From: Actinomycetes bacterium
GTDB lineage: Bacteria > Actinomycetota > Thermoleophilia > Solirubrobacterales > 70-9
NCBI GenBank assembly: GCA_016861045.1
Contig: BOKP01000001.1
Span: 187,529 to 251,528 of the forward strand
Length of the DNA stretch: 64,000 nt
Direction of reading: 5' to 3'
Under the pieces are notes generated by a model. The model saw only the letters and a program-made list of their open reading frames with translations, ran no database searches and was not told the origin of the DNA. A program made the translations under genes and the position numbers. Position 1 is the stretch's first letter; each line of letters begins with the position of its first letter. This document shows positions 18,401-27,971 of this stretch, piece by piece.

Positions 18401-19747
18401 ATGGCCGGTCCGGAAGCGGCGATGCGGCCGTTCGGCGGAATCGCCGTCGCGCTGGTCGCCGTCGCGCTGGCGGCGTTGGCCGCTCCGGCGGCCGCCCGTG
18501 CGGGCGACGCCGCCGCGGCGTCGGTGCCGTCGATCGAGCTCGACGGCGAGATCTCGCCGGCGACCGCGGGCTGGATCGGCACCGCGCTCGACGACGCCGC
18601 CGAGGCGGACGCGCCGCTGGCGATCATCCGCCTCGACACGCCGGGCGGGCTCGACAGCTCGATGCGCGACATCGTCCAGGACATCCTCGCGGTTCCGCTT
18701 CCGGTCGTCGTCTACGTCTACCCGAACGGGGCCCGGGCCGGGTCCGCCGGCGTCTTCGTCACCGAAGCCGCCGACGTCGCCGCGATGGCGCCGGAGACGA
18801 ACATCGGCTCCGCCTCGCCGATCACGAGCACCGGCGGCGACATCGAGGGCACGCTCGGCCGCAAGGTCGCCAACGACGCCGCCGCCTACCTGCGCGCCCT
18901 CGCCGGCGAGCACGGGCGAAACCCCGAGCTCGCCGAGCGGATGGTCCGCGAGGCGACGAACGTCTCCGCCCGCGAGGCGCTCGACGCCGGCCTGATCGAC
19001 CTGATCGCGGGCGACCAGCAGGAGCTCCTCGCCGAGCTCGACGGCTTCGAGGTCCAGGGTCCGAAGCGAACGACCCTGGAGACGTCGGGCTACGAGATCG
19101 AGGAGCGGGACATGCCCCTTCGCTACGAGGTCCTGCAGGTCCTCGTCGACCCCAACATCGCCTACCTCCTGCTGCTCGTCGGGCTGATCGGGATCACGCT
19201 GGAGATCCTCTCGCCCGGGGCGATCGTGCCCGGGCTGCTCGGCGGGGTCGCCCTCGTGCTCGGCCTGATCGGGACGCTGCAGCTGCCGGTGGCCGCGGCC
19301 GGCCTGGCGCTGCTCGTCCTCGCGTTCGTCCTGATCGTGGCCGAGGCGCACCTGCCGACCGGCGGGCTGCTCGGGGTCCTCGGCATCGCGGCGCTGGTGG
19401 CGGGCGGCCTGCTCCTGTTCGAGGGCGGCGAGGGCGGCGAGACCGTGAGCCCGTGGGTGGCGGTGCCGGTCGCCGTCGTCCTCGGCGGAGGCGTCCTGGT
19501 GGTCGGGCAGCGGGTGCTGGCGGCGCGCCGGCGCGAGGTCCGGACCGGGGAGGAGGAGCTGATCGGATCGACCGGCAGCGTCCGGGTCGCGCTCGATCCG
19601 TTCGGGCAGGTCTTCGTCCAGGGCGCCCTCTGGCGGGCCCGCGCCGTCGGCGGCGAGCGGATCGAGGTCGGCGGCGCGATCAGGGTCGAGGCGGTCGACG
19701 GGCTCACGCTGATCGTCGTCTCCGACCCCGAGCGGCGACCGGGGTGA
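18401..19747 (+). CDS. Membrane-bound ClpP-class serine protease NfeD
   Basis: Signal/TM segment, then IIRLDTPGGLDSSMRDIV and NGARAGSAGVFV (ClpP-like), a multi-TM middle region and a C-terminal NfeD OB domain. The start abuts the preceding stop (TAGATG). Confidence 0.85.
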   Translation: MAGPEAAMRPFGGIAVALVAVALAALAAPAAARAGDAAAASVPSIELDGEISPATAGWIGTALDDAAEADAPLAIIRLDTPGGLDSSMRDIVQDILAVPLPVVVYVYPNGARAGSAGVFVTEAADVAAMAPETNIGSASPITSTGGDIEGTLGRKVANDAAAYLRALAGEHGRNPELAERMVREATNVSAREALDAGLIDLIAGDQQELLAELDGFEVQGPKRTTLETSGYEIEERDMPLRYEVLQVLVDPNIAYLLLLVGLIGITLEILSPGAIVPGLLGGVALVLGLIGTLQLPVAAAGLALLVLAFVLIVAEAHLPTGGLLGVLGIAALVAGGLLLFEGGEGGETVSPWVAVPVAVVLGGGVLVVGQRVLAARRREVRTGEEELIGSTGSVRVALDPFGQVFVQGALWRARAVGGERIEVGGAIRVEAVDGLTLIVVSDPERRPG

Positions 19748-19819
19748 TCCGCCGATCGGGTCGGCCGGGCCCGGACGCGACCCCGGGCCCGGACGCGACC
19801 CGGTATAGAGTCGGGGGCG

Positions 19820-20677
19820 ATGGTGGCCCTGGCGATCCTCGCGGCGCTCGTCCTGATCGGCCTGCTGCTTCTCGCGGCGTCGGTCCGGATCCTGCGCGAG
19901 TACGAGCGCGGGGTCGTCTTCCGGCTCGGCCGGCTGATCGCGCTGAAGGGGCCGGGCCTGCGCTTTCTGATCCCGATCGTCGACCAGATGGTCCGGGTCG
20001 ACCTGCGGACGGTGACGCTGAACGTCCCGCCGCAGGAGGTGATCACCAAGGACAACGTCACCGTCCGCGTCAACGCGGTCGCCTACTTCCGGGTGCTCGA
20101 TCCCGACCGGGCGATCACCGAGGTCGAGAACTACCTCGTCGCGACCTCGCAGATCGCGCAGACGACGCTGCGCTCGGTGCTCGGCAAGGCCGAGCTCGAC
20201 TCGCTGCTGTCCGAGCGCGAGCGGCTCAACCAGGAGCTGCAGGCGATCATCGACGAGCAGACCGAGCCGTGGGGGATCAAGGTCTCGACGGTCGAGGTCA
20301 AAGACGTCGAGCTGCCCCAGGACATGCAGCGCGCGCTCGCCCTGCAGGCGCAGGCCGAGCGCGAGCGGCGGGCGAAGATCATCGGCTCCGAGGGCGAGTA
20401 CCAGGCGGCCCAGAAGCTCGCCGACGCGGCCGACATCATCAGCCGGAACCCCGCCACGATCCAGCTCCGCTACCTGCAGACGCTGCTCCAGGTCGGGGTC
20501 AACAACACGACGATCGTGTTCCCGCTTCCGATCGACCTGCTCGAGTCGTTCCGCAAGGTGATCGGCGACGGAGCGGCCGCGGCCGGCGGCGATGGCCCCG
20601 ATGGCCCGCGCCCGACGATCGAGCCCGAGCCCGGCGACCCCGTGCCGCCGCCCCCGCCGCCCGCCTCGCCGCTCTGA
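19820..20677 (+). CDS. SPFH/band-7 stomatin-like protein
   Basis: N-terminal TM helix plus [16 protein letters not shown], the ...[12 protein letters not shown]... region and [21 protein letters not shown]. This is the classical NfeD-stomatin gene pair. Confidence 0.9.
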   Translation: MVALAILAALVLIGLLLLAASVRILREYERGVVFRLGRLIALKGPGLRFLIPIVDQMVRVDLRTVTLNVPPQEVITKDNVTVRVNAVAYFRVLDPDRAITEVENYLVATSQIAQTTLRSVLGKAELDSLLSERERLNQELQAIIDEQTEPWGIKVSTVEVKDVELPQDMQRALALQAQAERERRAKIIGSEGEYQAAQKLADAADIISRNPATIQLRYLQTLLQVGVNNTTIVFPLPIDLLESFRKVIGDGAAAAGGDGPDGPRPTIEPEPGDPVPPPPPPASPL

Positions 20678-21762
20678 GCGCGGGCTCCGGAGACCGCGCG
20701 GCGCCGCCGCCCGAGGCCAGGATCGATCAGCTCACCGGCCAGCGGGCGATCCTCGCCCCGGGCCGCCGCGACCGCCCCTGCGCGTTCGCCGCCCCCGCCG
20801 CGCCCGAGCCCGCCGCCGACGCCGCGAGCTGCCCGTTCTGCCCCGGCCGCGAGGATCGGACCCCGCCCGAGGCATGGGCCAACCGTCCCGGCGGCGGCGG
20901 CGCCGACGGACCCGGCTGGGAGCAGCGGTCGGTGCCGAACCTCTATCCGGTCCTGAGCGGCCCCGACGACGACGCGGCCGTCGCCGTCCCGACCGCCGAG
21001 TCGGGCCTGACGAGCGCCGCCGATCCGCTGCGGAGCTCCGCCCGGGCCGCCGAGCCGGAGCTGTTCCGGACCGCGCCGGCGCACGGCGCCCACGAGGTCA
21101 TCGTCAGCTCGCCGCGCCACGCGACCTCGCTCGCCGAGCTCGATGCCGGGGAGCTCGGCGGCGCGGTCGCGGCCTGGCGGGCGCGGATCGCCGCCCGCGC
21201 CGGCGCGGCTTCGTACGTCCACCTCTGCGTCAACGAGGGGCCGGCCGCCGGCGCCACGCAGCCGCACAGCCACGCCCAGCTTCTGGCGTTGCCCTGGGTG
21301 CCGACCGAGGTCGCCCGCGAGCGCGAGCGCTTCGGCTCTTACAACGAGCGGACGATGGGCGGCCACCTGCTCGAGGACCTGCTGGTCGAGGAGGTGCGGC
21401 GCCGCGACCGGCTCGTCGCGATCGACGAGGAGGCGGCGCTGATCTGTCCCTGGGCTTCGCGCTCGCCCTACGAGCTGCGCCTCGTCCCGCGCTCGGCGGC
21501 GCCCCGCTTCGAGGACGACGATCGCGGGACGACGCTGCTCGGCAGGGCGCTCGGAGCCCTCGCGGCCCGCTTCGACGGGGCCCCCCAGCTCAACCTCTGG
21601 GTGCGGACGGCGCCGCGGGGCGCCACGGAGTTCCACTGGCACATCGACATCGCACCGCGGCTCGGCACCCGGGCCGGATTCGAGCTCGGAACCGGGGTCG
21701 AGATCAACTCGGTGGCGCCGGAGCGGGCCGCGGCCGAGCTGCGCGAGGCGGTCGGCGCCTGA
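20674..21762 (+). CDS. galT: Galactose-1-phosphate uridylyltransferase / ADP-glucose phosphorylase family (HIT branch III)
   Basis: Conserved [19 protein letters not shown], zinc motif CPFCPG and the histidine triad variant PHSHAQ. There is no canonical start in frame near the N-terminus. A CTG at 20674 overlaps the stomatin stop, so the start is provisional. Confidence 0.8.
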   Translation: MSAGSGDRAAPPPEARIDQLTGQRAILAPGRRDRPCAFAAPAAPEPAADAASCPFCPGREDRTPPEAWANRPGGGGADGPGWEQRSVPNLYPVLSGPDDDAAVAVPTAESGLTSAADPLRSSARAAEPELFRTAPAHGAHEVIVSSPRHATSLAELDAGELGGAVAAWRARIAARAGAASYVHLCVNEGPAAGATQPHSHAQLLALPWVPTEVARERERFGSYNERTMGGHLLEDLLVEEVRRRDRLVAIDEEAALICPWASRSPYELRLVPRSAAPRFEDDDRGTTLLGRALGALAARFDGAPQLNLWVRTAPRGATEFHWHIDIAPRLGTRAGFELGTGVEINSVAPERAAAELREAVGA

Positions 21763-21830
21763 CGCCCGCCGGTGCCCGCGGCCGCCCGCGCCCCGGTGGC
21801 TCGGGGCCGATCGTCTAGCCTGCCCCGACG

Positions 21831-22493
21831 ATGCCGCCGCTCGCCCGTCCCTACCCGCGCTTCATCGCCGACAGCGCCCAGGAGCCGCGTCCCTACGGGC
21901 GCTGGGAGGAGCGGTTGACGGAGGCCTTCGCCGCGCGCTGCGCCGGGCTCGCCGCCGAGGCGGGCACCGGCCCCGACCTCGGCTCGATCCGCTACTTCCC
22001 GGAGCGGACCTGGGGCGGACGCACCTTCGTTCCGGCCGTCGCGCCCGGCGCCGCCGCGGTCGACGGGGCGATGCCCGAGTTCTTCGGTCACGTCTCGTTC
22101 CACCGCGCCGACGGGGGCGAGCCGGAGGAGATGGTCGCCGCCGCCGACTTCACCGACGTCACCGCCGAGGCCAACCCCGACTGGCAGGTCGACCTCAACG
22201 ACGACGTCATCGGCCGGTGGCGCGCCGACGGCGGCCGCGGCGGCGACATCACGCTGATCTGGGGGACGCCGCTCGTCCGCGGGGCGCTCGCGGCCACAGC
22301 CGAGCTCGACGGCGAGGTGGTGGACCAGGCCGGGGTCAGCGACGGGCGCTTCACGCTGGTGGCGGTCGACGCGGTCCACGGCTTCGGCGACGACCACTTC
22401 CTCGAGGTGCGGCTCTGGAACCGGAAGCTGCAGGAGGTCGCCTGCGAGAGCCTCTACGCCGACGACGAGGATGGCGAGGCGGGCGCGGGGTAG
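21831..22493 (+). CDS. Hypothetical protein
   Basis: 220-aa ORF with strong G/C third-position bias and no recognisable motif. Confidence 0.5.
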   Translation: MPPLARPYPRFIADSAQEPRPYGRWEERLTEAFAARCAGLAAEAGTGPDLGSIRYFPERTWGGRTFVPAVAPGAAAVDGAMPEFFGHVSFHRADGGEPEEMVAAADFTDVTAEANPDWQVDLNDDVIGRWRADGGRGGDITLIWGTPLVRGALAATAELDGEVVDQAGVSDGRFTLVAVDAVHGFGDDHFLEVRLWNRKLQEVACESLYADDEDGEAGAG

Positions 22494-22497
22494 AGGC

Positions 22498-23178
22498 TCA
22501 GCCGCGGTGGTACCAGACCGGCGCCGCCATCGCCGTCCGCAGGCCAGCCTTGCCGTCGTCGAGCACCGGGGGGCCGTGGGTGAACAGCAGGCGGCTCCAA
22601 TCGAGGTCGAGCAGCGGCGCCAGCGTCGGCACGAACCGCTCCGCGTAGAAGCGGGCGACCCGATCGTCGACCCGCTCGCCGGACCAGATCCGCGGGCCTT
22701 CGGCGGTGCCGACGACCGCGTCGGCGAAGACGAGCGCGTCGTGGGAGGGGATCAGCAGCGGCGTCTCGTAGCGGCGTGGCCTGCCGATCGGGTGAGCGCT
22801 GACGCCGGCCGGCAGCTCGTCGCCGGGCGCGAACGGCGCGAAGCCGGCCTCGGAGGCGAGCCGCCTGGCGACGGCGGGGTGGCCGTGGATCGTCACCTCG
22901 CGATCGCCTCCGAGGCGGTCACGGACCGACTCGGCGCTGCGGACGTGGTAGGTGATCGTGACCAGCACCCGGATCGGGTTCGGGGCGGAGCCCGCGATCA
23001 GCTCCCAGGCCGGGTCGCGGTCGTCGAGCAGCGGGTCGACCAGGAGGGTCTCGCCGCCCGCCTCGGCGAGGAAGCAGGCGACCTCGGCGCCGAAGTCGCC
23101 GGGGTGCCACTCGGGATGGCGGCGCGCCCAGCGCCACAGGCCCGGGGCGATCTCCTCGATGTCCGGCCGGCCGGTCAC
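22498..23178 (-). CDS. Hypothetical protein, distantly metallo-beta-lactamase-fold-like
   Basis: 226-aa ORF. The overall pattern resembles an MBL fold, but the HxHxDH motif is degenerate (TITYHVRS). Confidence 0.45.
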   Translation of the reverse strand: MTGRPDIEEIAPGLWRWARRHPEWHPGDFGAEVACFLAEAGGETLLVDPLLDDRDPAWELIAGSAPNPIRVLVTITYHVRSAESVRDRLGGDREVTIHGHPAVARRLASEAGFAPFAPGDELPAGVSAHPIGRPRRYETPLLIPSHDALVFADAVVGTAEGPRIWSGERVDDRVARFYAERFVPTLAPLLDLDWSRLLFTHGPPVLDDGKAGLRTAMAAPVWYHRG

Positions 23179-23291
23179 GCCCGGGCAACGCTACCGCGGG
23201 CGCTTCCGCCACCGCGGCTGCGGCGCCGGCTCAATAGGTTTCCCGCATGCGCTTGCGCCACCCGACCGGCCGCACGGCCGGCTGACGCCTG

Positions 23292-24350
23292 ATGGCGGCG
23301 CGGGTGGACCGGGCGGCCGCGGGGCTCTCGCCGTCCTATTTCGCGCTCGTGATGGCGACCGGGATCGTCTCGGTCGGAGCCCACCTGCTCAACGTCGATC
23401 CGGTCGCGATCGGGCTCTTCGCCTTCAACGCCGTCGCCTACGTCGTCCTCTGGATGCTGACGATCGTTCGCATCGCCCGCCACCGCGACGCCCTCATCCG
23501 CGACCTCACCGACCACCGGGTCGCGTTCGGCTTCTTCACGACGGTCGCGGGAACCTGCGTGCTCGGCACCGAGACGATCCTGATCGCCGACCACTTCGAG
23601 ATCGCGACGGTGCTGCTCGCGATCGCCGCGGTCCTCTGGGTCGTCCTCACCTACACCGTGTTCACCGCGATCACGATCAAGCCCGAGAAGCCGTCGCTTC
23701 CGGACGGGATCAACGGCGGCTGGCTGCTCAGCGTCGTCGCCACGCAGTCGATCGCCGTCCTGACCGCCCTCCTCGCGGCCCACTGGGGCCAGCCGCTGCG
23801 CATGCACGCGAACTTCGCCGCCCTGTCGATGTGGCTCTGGGGCGGGATGCTCTACATCTGGATCGTCGCGCTGATCTTCTACCGGTACACGTTCTTCCGC
23901 TTCTCCCCGGCCGATCTCGCCCCGCCGTACTGGATCAACATGGGGGCGATGGCGATCTCGACCCTGGCCGGGGCGCTGCTGATCAGGGGCACCCCCGATG
24001 CCCCGTTCCTGGAGTCGCTGCGGCCCTTCCTCGAGGGCTTCACCGTCTTCTACTGGGCCACGGGGACCTGGTGGATCCCGATGATCGCGATCCTCGCCGT
24101 CTGGCGCTACGGCTTCAGCCGCCTGCCTCTCGTCTACAACCCGCTCTACTGGGGTGCGGTGTTCCCGCTCGGGATGTACGCGGTCGCCACCTACATGATG
24201 GAGGACGCGATGGACTTCGGCTTCCTCGACCCGCTCCCGCAGGTCTTCTTCGCGATCGCGCTCGCCGCCTGGCTGCTGACCGCGTCGGGCCTCGTCCGCA
24301 GCCTGCGCCGCGGCTGGAGGGCGCCCACCCGATCGCCCGGAGCCGGCTGA
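23292..24350 (+). CDS. TDT-family (TehA/Mae1/SLAC1-like) anion / C4-dicarboxylate transporter
   Basis: 352 aa with about 10 TM helices. The N-terminal LSPSYFALVMATGIVSV is typical of the tellurite-resistance/dicarboxylate transporter family. Confidence 0.75.
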   Translation: MAARVDRAAAGLSPSYFALVMATGIVSVGAHLLNVDPVAIGLFAFNAVAYVVLWMLTIVRIARHRDALIRDLTDHRVAFGFFTTVAGTCVLGTETILIADHFEIATVLLAIAAVLWVVLTYTVFTAITIKPEKPSLPDGINGGWLLSVVATQSIAVLTALLAAHWGQPLRMHANFAALSMWLWGGMLYIWIVALIFYRYTFFRFSPADLAPPYWINMGAMAISTLAGALLIRGTPDAPFLESLRPFLEGFTVFYWATGTWWIPMIAILAVWRYGFSRLPLVYNPLYWGAVFPLGMYAVATYMMEDAMDFGFLDPLPQVFFAIALAAWLLTASGLVRSLRRGWRAPTRSPGAG

Positions 24351-24510
24351 CCCGGCGCCGGCGACGGCGTCCAGGTCGGGAGCGCGGCGATTTCAGCCCG
24401 GCCGCCGCCCGGCCGATCGAGGCGTGGTGGGCTGCTTGCGCTCTCGGCTAGTCTTGGCGCCCGCGGCGGCGACGCCCGAGGCGGCGGGAACGGAATCGAA
24501 GGCGAGGCGG

Positions 24511-26112
24511 ATGCACAGGGGAACGACCGGCAGCATGAGGGCGATCGGCACGGAGGCCGGCCCCCGTCGCGGCCGCCGCCTGTCGACCCTCCTGCTCGTC
24601 GCGCTCGCGGCCCTCGTCGCGCTCCCGGCCAGCGCCGACGCCACCGGCCGCATCTACTGGTCGAACTTCGAGGCCGACACGATCGCCTGGGCCGATCTCG
24701 ACGGCAGCGGTGGCGGCACGGTCGACACGACCGGGGCCACGGTCGACGGGCCGATGGGGCTGACCCTCGATCCCGCCCACGGCCGCATCTACTGGGCCAA
24801 CTGGGCCAACCACGCCGGCACGACGATCTCGTGGGCCGACCTCGACGGGTCCGGCGGCGGCGATCTCGCGATCACCGGGGCGACGATCGCCGGGCCGCAC
24901 GGGCTCGCGATCGACCCGGCCGACGGGCCCTACGGGACGCTCTACTGGCCCAACCACGAGCCGATCACCGGCGTCGGCTCGATCTCGTGGGCGCGGCTCG
25001 ACGCCGGCGGCACCGGCGGCGTCGGCGCCGATCTCAACACCGCGGGCGCGACGCTCGATGAGCCGCGGGGGGTGACGATCGACCCGGTCGCGGATCGGAT
25101 CTACTGGGCGAACTTCGGCGACGGCCTCGGCAAGTCGATCTCCTGGGCCGGCCTCGACGGCACCGGCGGCGGCGACCTGATCAGCGACATCGGCTCCGAT
25201 CCGCTGGCCGTCGGCCCCGAGGGCACCGCGATCGACCCCGCCACCCGGAAGATCTACTGGTCCGACTTCGGGGGCAAGAAGCTGATTCAGCTCGCGGACC
25301 TCCCGGGCGGGACCGGCATCGCCACCCTCGATACGACCGGCGCCGGCACCCACGGCGTCCACGGGGTCACGATCGACCCCGAGGCCAACCGGATCTACTG
25401 GGCCAACTGGTACTCGGACGGAATCGCCTGGGCGAGCCTCGACGGCACCGGCGGCGGCGATCTCGCCACGCCGGGCATGACGCTCAGCAAGCCCGACCAG
25501 CCGTCGATCCTGAAGCGACCGACCGCGACCGCTGCGCCCGCGGTGAGCGGCGGCTCCGGCCCGGGCGCGTCCCTGAGCTGCTCGACCGGGACCTGGGCGG
25601 GCGACGTCCTCGAGGCGCTCGCCTACCGGGCGCCCGAGAGCCTCTCCTACGGGTGGACCCGGGACGGCGCCGGGGTCGCGGGGGCCACCGCGAGCTCGAT
25701 CACGGCGACCGCCGCGGGCAGCTATCGCTGCGAGGTCACGGCCACCAACGCGGCCGGCTCGACGACGGCCACGAGCGCGCCGCACCAGGTCGTGCCGCCG
25801 CCGCCTTCGAGCGAGTTCAGCTTCGGCAAGCTGAAGCTGAACCGCGACCGCGGCACCGCGAAGCTCGCGGTCGAGCTGCCGGGCCCGGGCGAGGTCACGC
25901 TCGCCGGCGAGCACCTGACCGCGGTCGGCAAGCACCCCGTGGCGGCCGGCGAGGTCTCGCTCAAGGTCAAGCCGCGCGGGAAGGCGAAGCGCAGCCTGCG
26001 CCGCCGCGGCAGGACCACGGTGCGCCCGAACGTCACCTTCATCCCGACCGGCGGCGAGGCCAGGACGCGGGTGAAGCGGGTGCGGCTGATCGAGAAGCGC
26101 AAGGGGCGCTGA
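24511..26112 (+). CDS. Secreted protein with a six-blade YWTD (LDL-receptor class B)-like beta-propeller, an Ig-like domain and a basic C-terminal beta domain
   Basis: ATG at 24511 is in frame with the track ORF. Signal peptide LLLVALAALVALPASADA. There are six repeats of the type RIYWANx(4-8)ISWADLDGSGGGDLx(6-10)GPxGLAIDP. An Ig-like domain follows (LSCSTGTWAGD...YGWTRDG...YRCEVTATNAAGS). Confidence 0.75.
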   Translation: MHRGTTGSMRAIGTEAGPRRGRRLSTLLLVALAALVALPASADATGRIYWSNFEADTIAWADLDGSGGGTVDTTGATVDGPMGLTLDPAHGRIYWANWANHAGTTISWADLDGSGGGDLAITGATIAGPHGLAIDPADGPYGTLYWPNHEPITGVGSISWARLDAGGTGGVGADLNTAGATLDEPRGVTIDPVADRIYWANFGDGLGKSISWAGLDGTGGGDLISDIGSDPLAVGPEGTAIDPATRKIYWSDFGGKKLIQLADLPGGTGIATLDTTGAGTHGVHGVTIDPEANRIYWANWYSDGIAWASLDGTGGGDLATPGMTLSKPDQPSILKRPTATAAPAVSGGSGPGASLSCSTGTWAGDVLEALAYRAPESLSYGWTRDGAGVAGATASSITATAAGSYRCEVTATNAAGSTTATSAPHQVVPPPPSSEFSFGKLKLNRDRGTAKLAVELPGPGEVTLAGEHLTAVGKHPVAAGEVSLKVKPRGKAKRSLRRRGRTTVRPNVTFIPTGGEARTRVKRVRLIEKRKGR

Positions 26113-26152
26113 GCCGCCGAGCCACGCCCTCGCGACCCGGCAGCGGCGGGCG

Positions 26153-26179
26153 GGAACCGGCCCTGCCGCGGCCGGTTTC
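26153..26179 (+). terminator. Hairpin terminator candidate downstream of the propeller gene
   Basis: GGAACCGGCC-CTGCCGC-GGCCGGTTTC: a 10-bp stem (one G-U pair), a 7-nt loop and a short T run. Confidence 0.5.
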
Positions 26180-26221
26180 GCAGTAGTCTCGGGGACGACC
26201 GGAGTACCTGGGGGTGGAGGT

Positions 26222-27964
26222 GTGGAGCAGTTGACGGGCCCGAACCGGGCGGCGCGAGGGGGCAGCCCGCGGGCGGCGCTCCCGCTCGCGCTCCTGCTCG
26301 CCGCGTCGCTCTGCCTCCTGCTCGCGGCCCGCGCCGAGGCGGTGTCCGACACGTTCATCGACTCCGGGCCGAGCGGCCCGACCGGCGACGCCACCCCGAC
26401 CTTCGCCTTCTCCCCGAGCGTGCCCGGGTCGACCTTCGAGTGCCGGGTCGACGCCGAGCCGTTCGCGGCGTGCTCGGGGCCCGGCGACTCGCACACGACC
26501 GCGACGCTCGACGATGGCCCCCACACCTTCGAGGTTCGCGCCATCGACCCGGCCGACCCGGTCCCCGACCCCGACCCGAGCCCCGCGTTCCGCGGCTTCA
26601 CGGTCGACACCACCGGTCCCGCGGCGACGATCGACGGCGGGCCGGGCGGGCCGACGAACGACACGACGCCGAGGTTCGACTTCTCCGCCGAGCCCGGATC
26701 GACCTTCGAGTGCCGGGTCGACGGCAATCCGTTCGCGCCCTGCGAGGGGCCCGGCAGCTCCCACATCGTCGACCCGCCCCTCGAAGACGGCCCGCACGCG
26801 TTCGAGGTGCGGGCGACCGACGGGCTCGGCAACACCGGCGCCGCCGCGAGCCGCGCCTTCTCCGTCGATACCGACGATCCCGGCACGAGCATCGATACCC
26901 CGGGCGGGCTCACCAACGTCGACACGCCGAGGTTCGACTTCTCCGCCGACGAGCCCGGCGCGACGTTCCAGTGCAGGGTCGACGGAGAGACCTTCGGGCC
27001 CTGCTCCGGCCCGGGCGACTCCCACACGACCGCCCCCCTCGACGACGGCCCGCACAGCTTCGAGGTCCGCGCCACCGATCCGGCCGGCAACCGCGACCCG
27101 AATCCCCCGCAGCGCCTCTTCACCGTCGATACGACCCCGCCGAACACGACGATCGACTCCGGCCCGGTCGGGACCGTCTCCGATCCGACTCCCGTCTTCA
27201 CCTTCTCCAGCAAGGACGGCGCGGGCTTCGAATGCAGGGTCGACTCCGACCCGTTCGCACCCTGCTCGGGCCCCGGCGACAGCCACACGACGGCGGCGCT
27301 CGCCGACGGCGCGCACAGCTTCGAGGTCCGCGCCGAGGACGCTGCCGGCAACCCCGATCCGACCCCGGCGGCACAGGCTTTCACCGTCGACACCTCGCTG
27401 CCTCCGGACACGACCGCGCCCGACACGACGATCACGAAGCGGCCGAGGGGCAAGATCAGGACGAAGGGCAAGAGGGCGAAGGTCAAGGTCTCCTTCCGGT
27501 CCGAGCCGGGCGCGAGCTTCACCTGCAGGCTCGACGGGGGCAGGTACAGGCCCTGCACCTCCCCCTGGACCGTCAAGGCGAAGGCGAGGGGAGGCAAGGG
27601 CAGAAGGCACACGATCTCGGTCCGGGCGGCCGACTCGGCCGGGAACGTCGGCGACCCCGCGGCGGCCAGCTTCAGGGTGCAGCGCGCCCCGCGGCTGCGG
27701 GCCCCGGTCGCGCAGCGCACCGTCGTCGCCGCGCTCCGCCGGCACGGCTTCGCGCGCCGGGTCTGGAGATCGGTGCGGATCGACTGCCGCCGGCGCGGCC
27801 GGGCCGCGTTCACGTGCCGGTTCTCGAGCCGGTTCCGCGGCTACCGGCTGCGGGGAAGGGGCGAGGTCGAGATGCGCAAGCGGCTCTCCTACCGCTTCCG
27901 GGTGAAGGCGCAGGGGGTCCGCTTCACGCTCACCGACGAGAACGAGAAGGGGCGTTCGAGCTAG
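26222..27964 (+). CDS. Secreted protein with a tandem array of two-Cys Ig-like modules
   Basis: GTG start preceded by GGGGGTGGAGG. Signal peptide ...LLLAARAEA. There are four ~87-90-aa modules (TFECRVD at nt 26435 and 26705, TFQCRVD at 26966, GFECRVD at 27227) and a fifth basic divergent module (FTCRLD at 27518). Confidence 0.75.
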   Translation: MEQLTGPNRAARGGSPRAALPLALLLAASLCLLLAARAEAVSDTFIDSGPSGPTGDATPTFAFSPSVPGSTFECRVDAEPFAACSGPGDSHTTATLDDGPHTFEVRAIDPADPVPDPDPSPAFRGFTVDTTGPAATIDGGPGGPTNDTTPRFDFSAEPGSTFECRVDGNPFAPCEGPGSSHIVDPPLEDGPHAFEVRATDGLGNTGAAASRAFSVDTDDPGTSIDTPGGLTNVDTPRFDFSADEPGATFQCRVDGETFGPCSGPGDSHTTAPLDDGPHSFEVRATDPAGNRDPNPPQRLFTVDTTPPNTTIDSGPVGTVSDPTPVFTFSSKDGAGFECRVDSDPFAPCSGPGDSHTTAALADGAHSFEVRAEDAAGNPDPTPAAQAFTVDTSLPPDTTAPDTTITKRPRGKIRTKGKRAKVKVSFRSEPGASFTCRLDGGRYRPCTSPWTVKAKARGGKGRRHTISVRAADSAGNVGDPAAASFRVQRAPRLRAPVAQRTVVAALRRHGFARRVWRSVRIDCRRRGRAAFTCRFSSRFRGYRLRGRGEVEMRKRLSYRFRVKAQGVRFTLTDENEKGRSS

Positions 27965-27971
27965 CCGGCGC

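Noticed and set aside
17812-21762. 1316-aa continuous plus-strand ORF
   Set aside because: Only the last ~360 codons (the galT-like gene) are real. The rest is an out-of-frame read-through of the tlpA, nfeD and stomatin genes, which have strong motif support in other frames.
24448-27813. 1121-aa minus-strand ORF
   Set aside because: It is antisense to the two secreted repeat proteins, which have signal peptides and coherent domain repeats. The antisense product is Arg/Gly/Pro low complexity.
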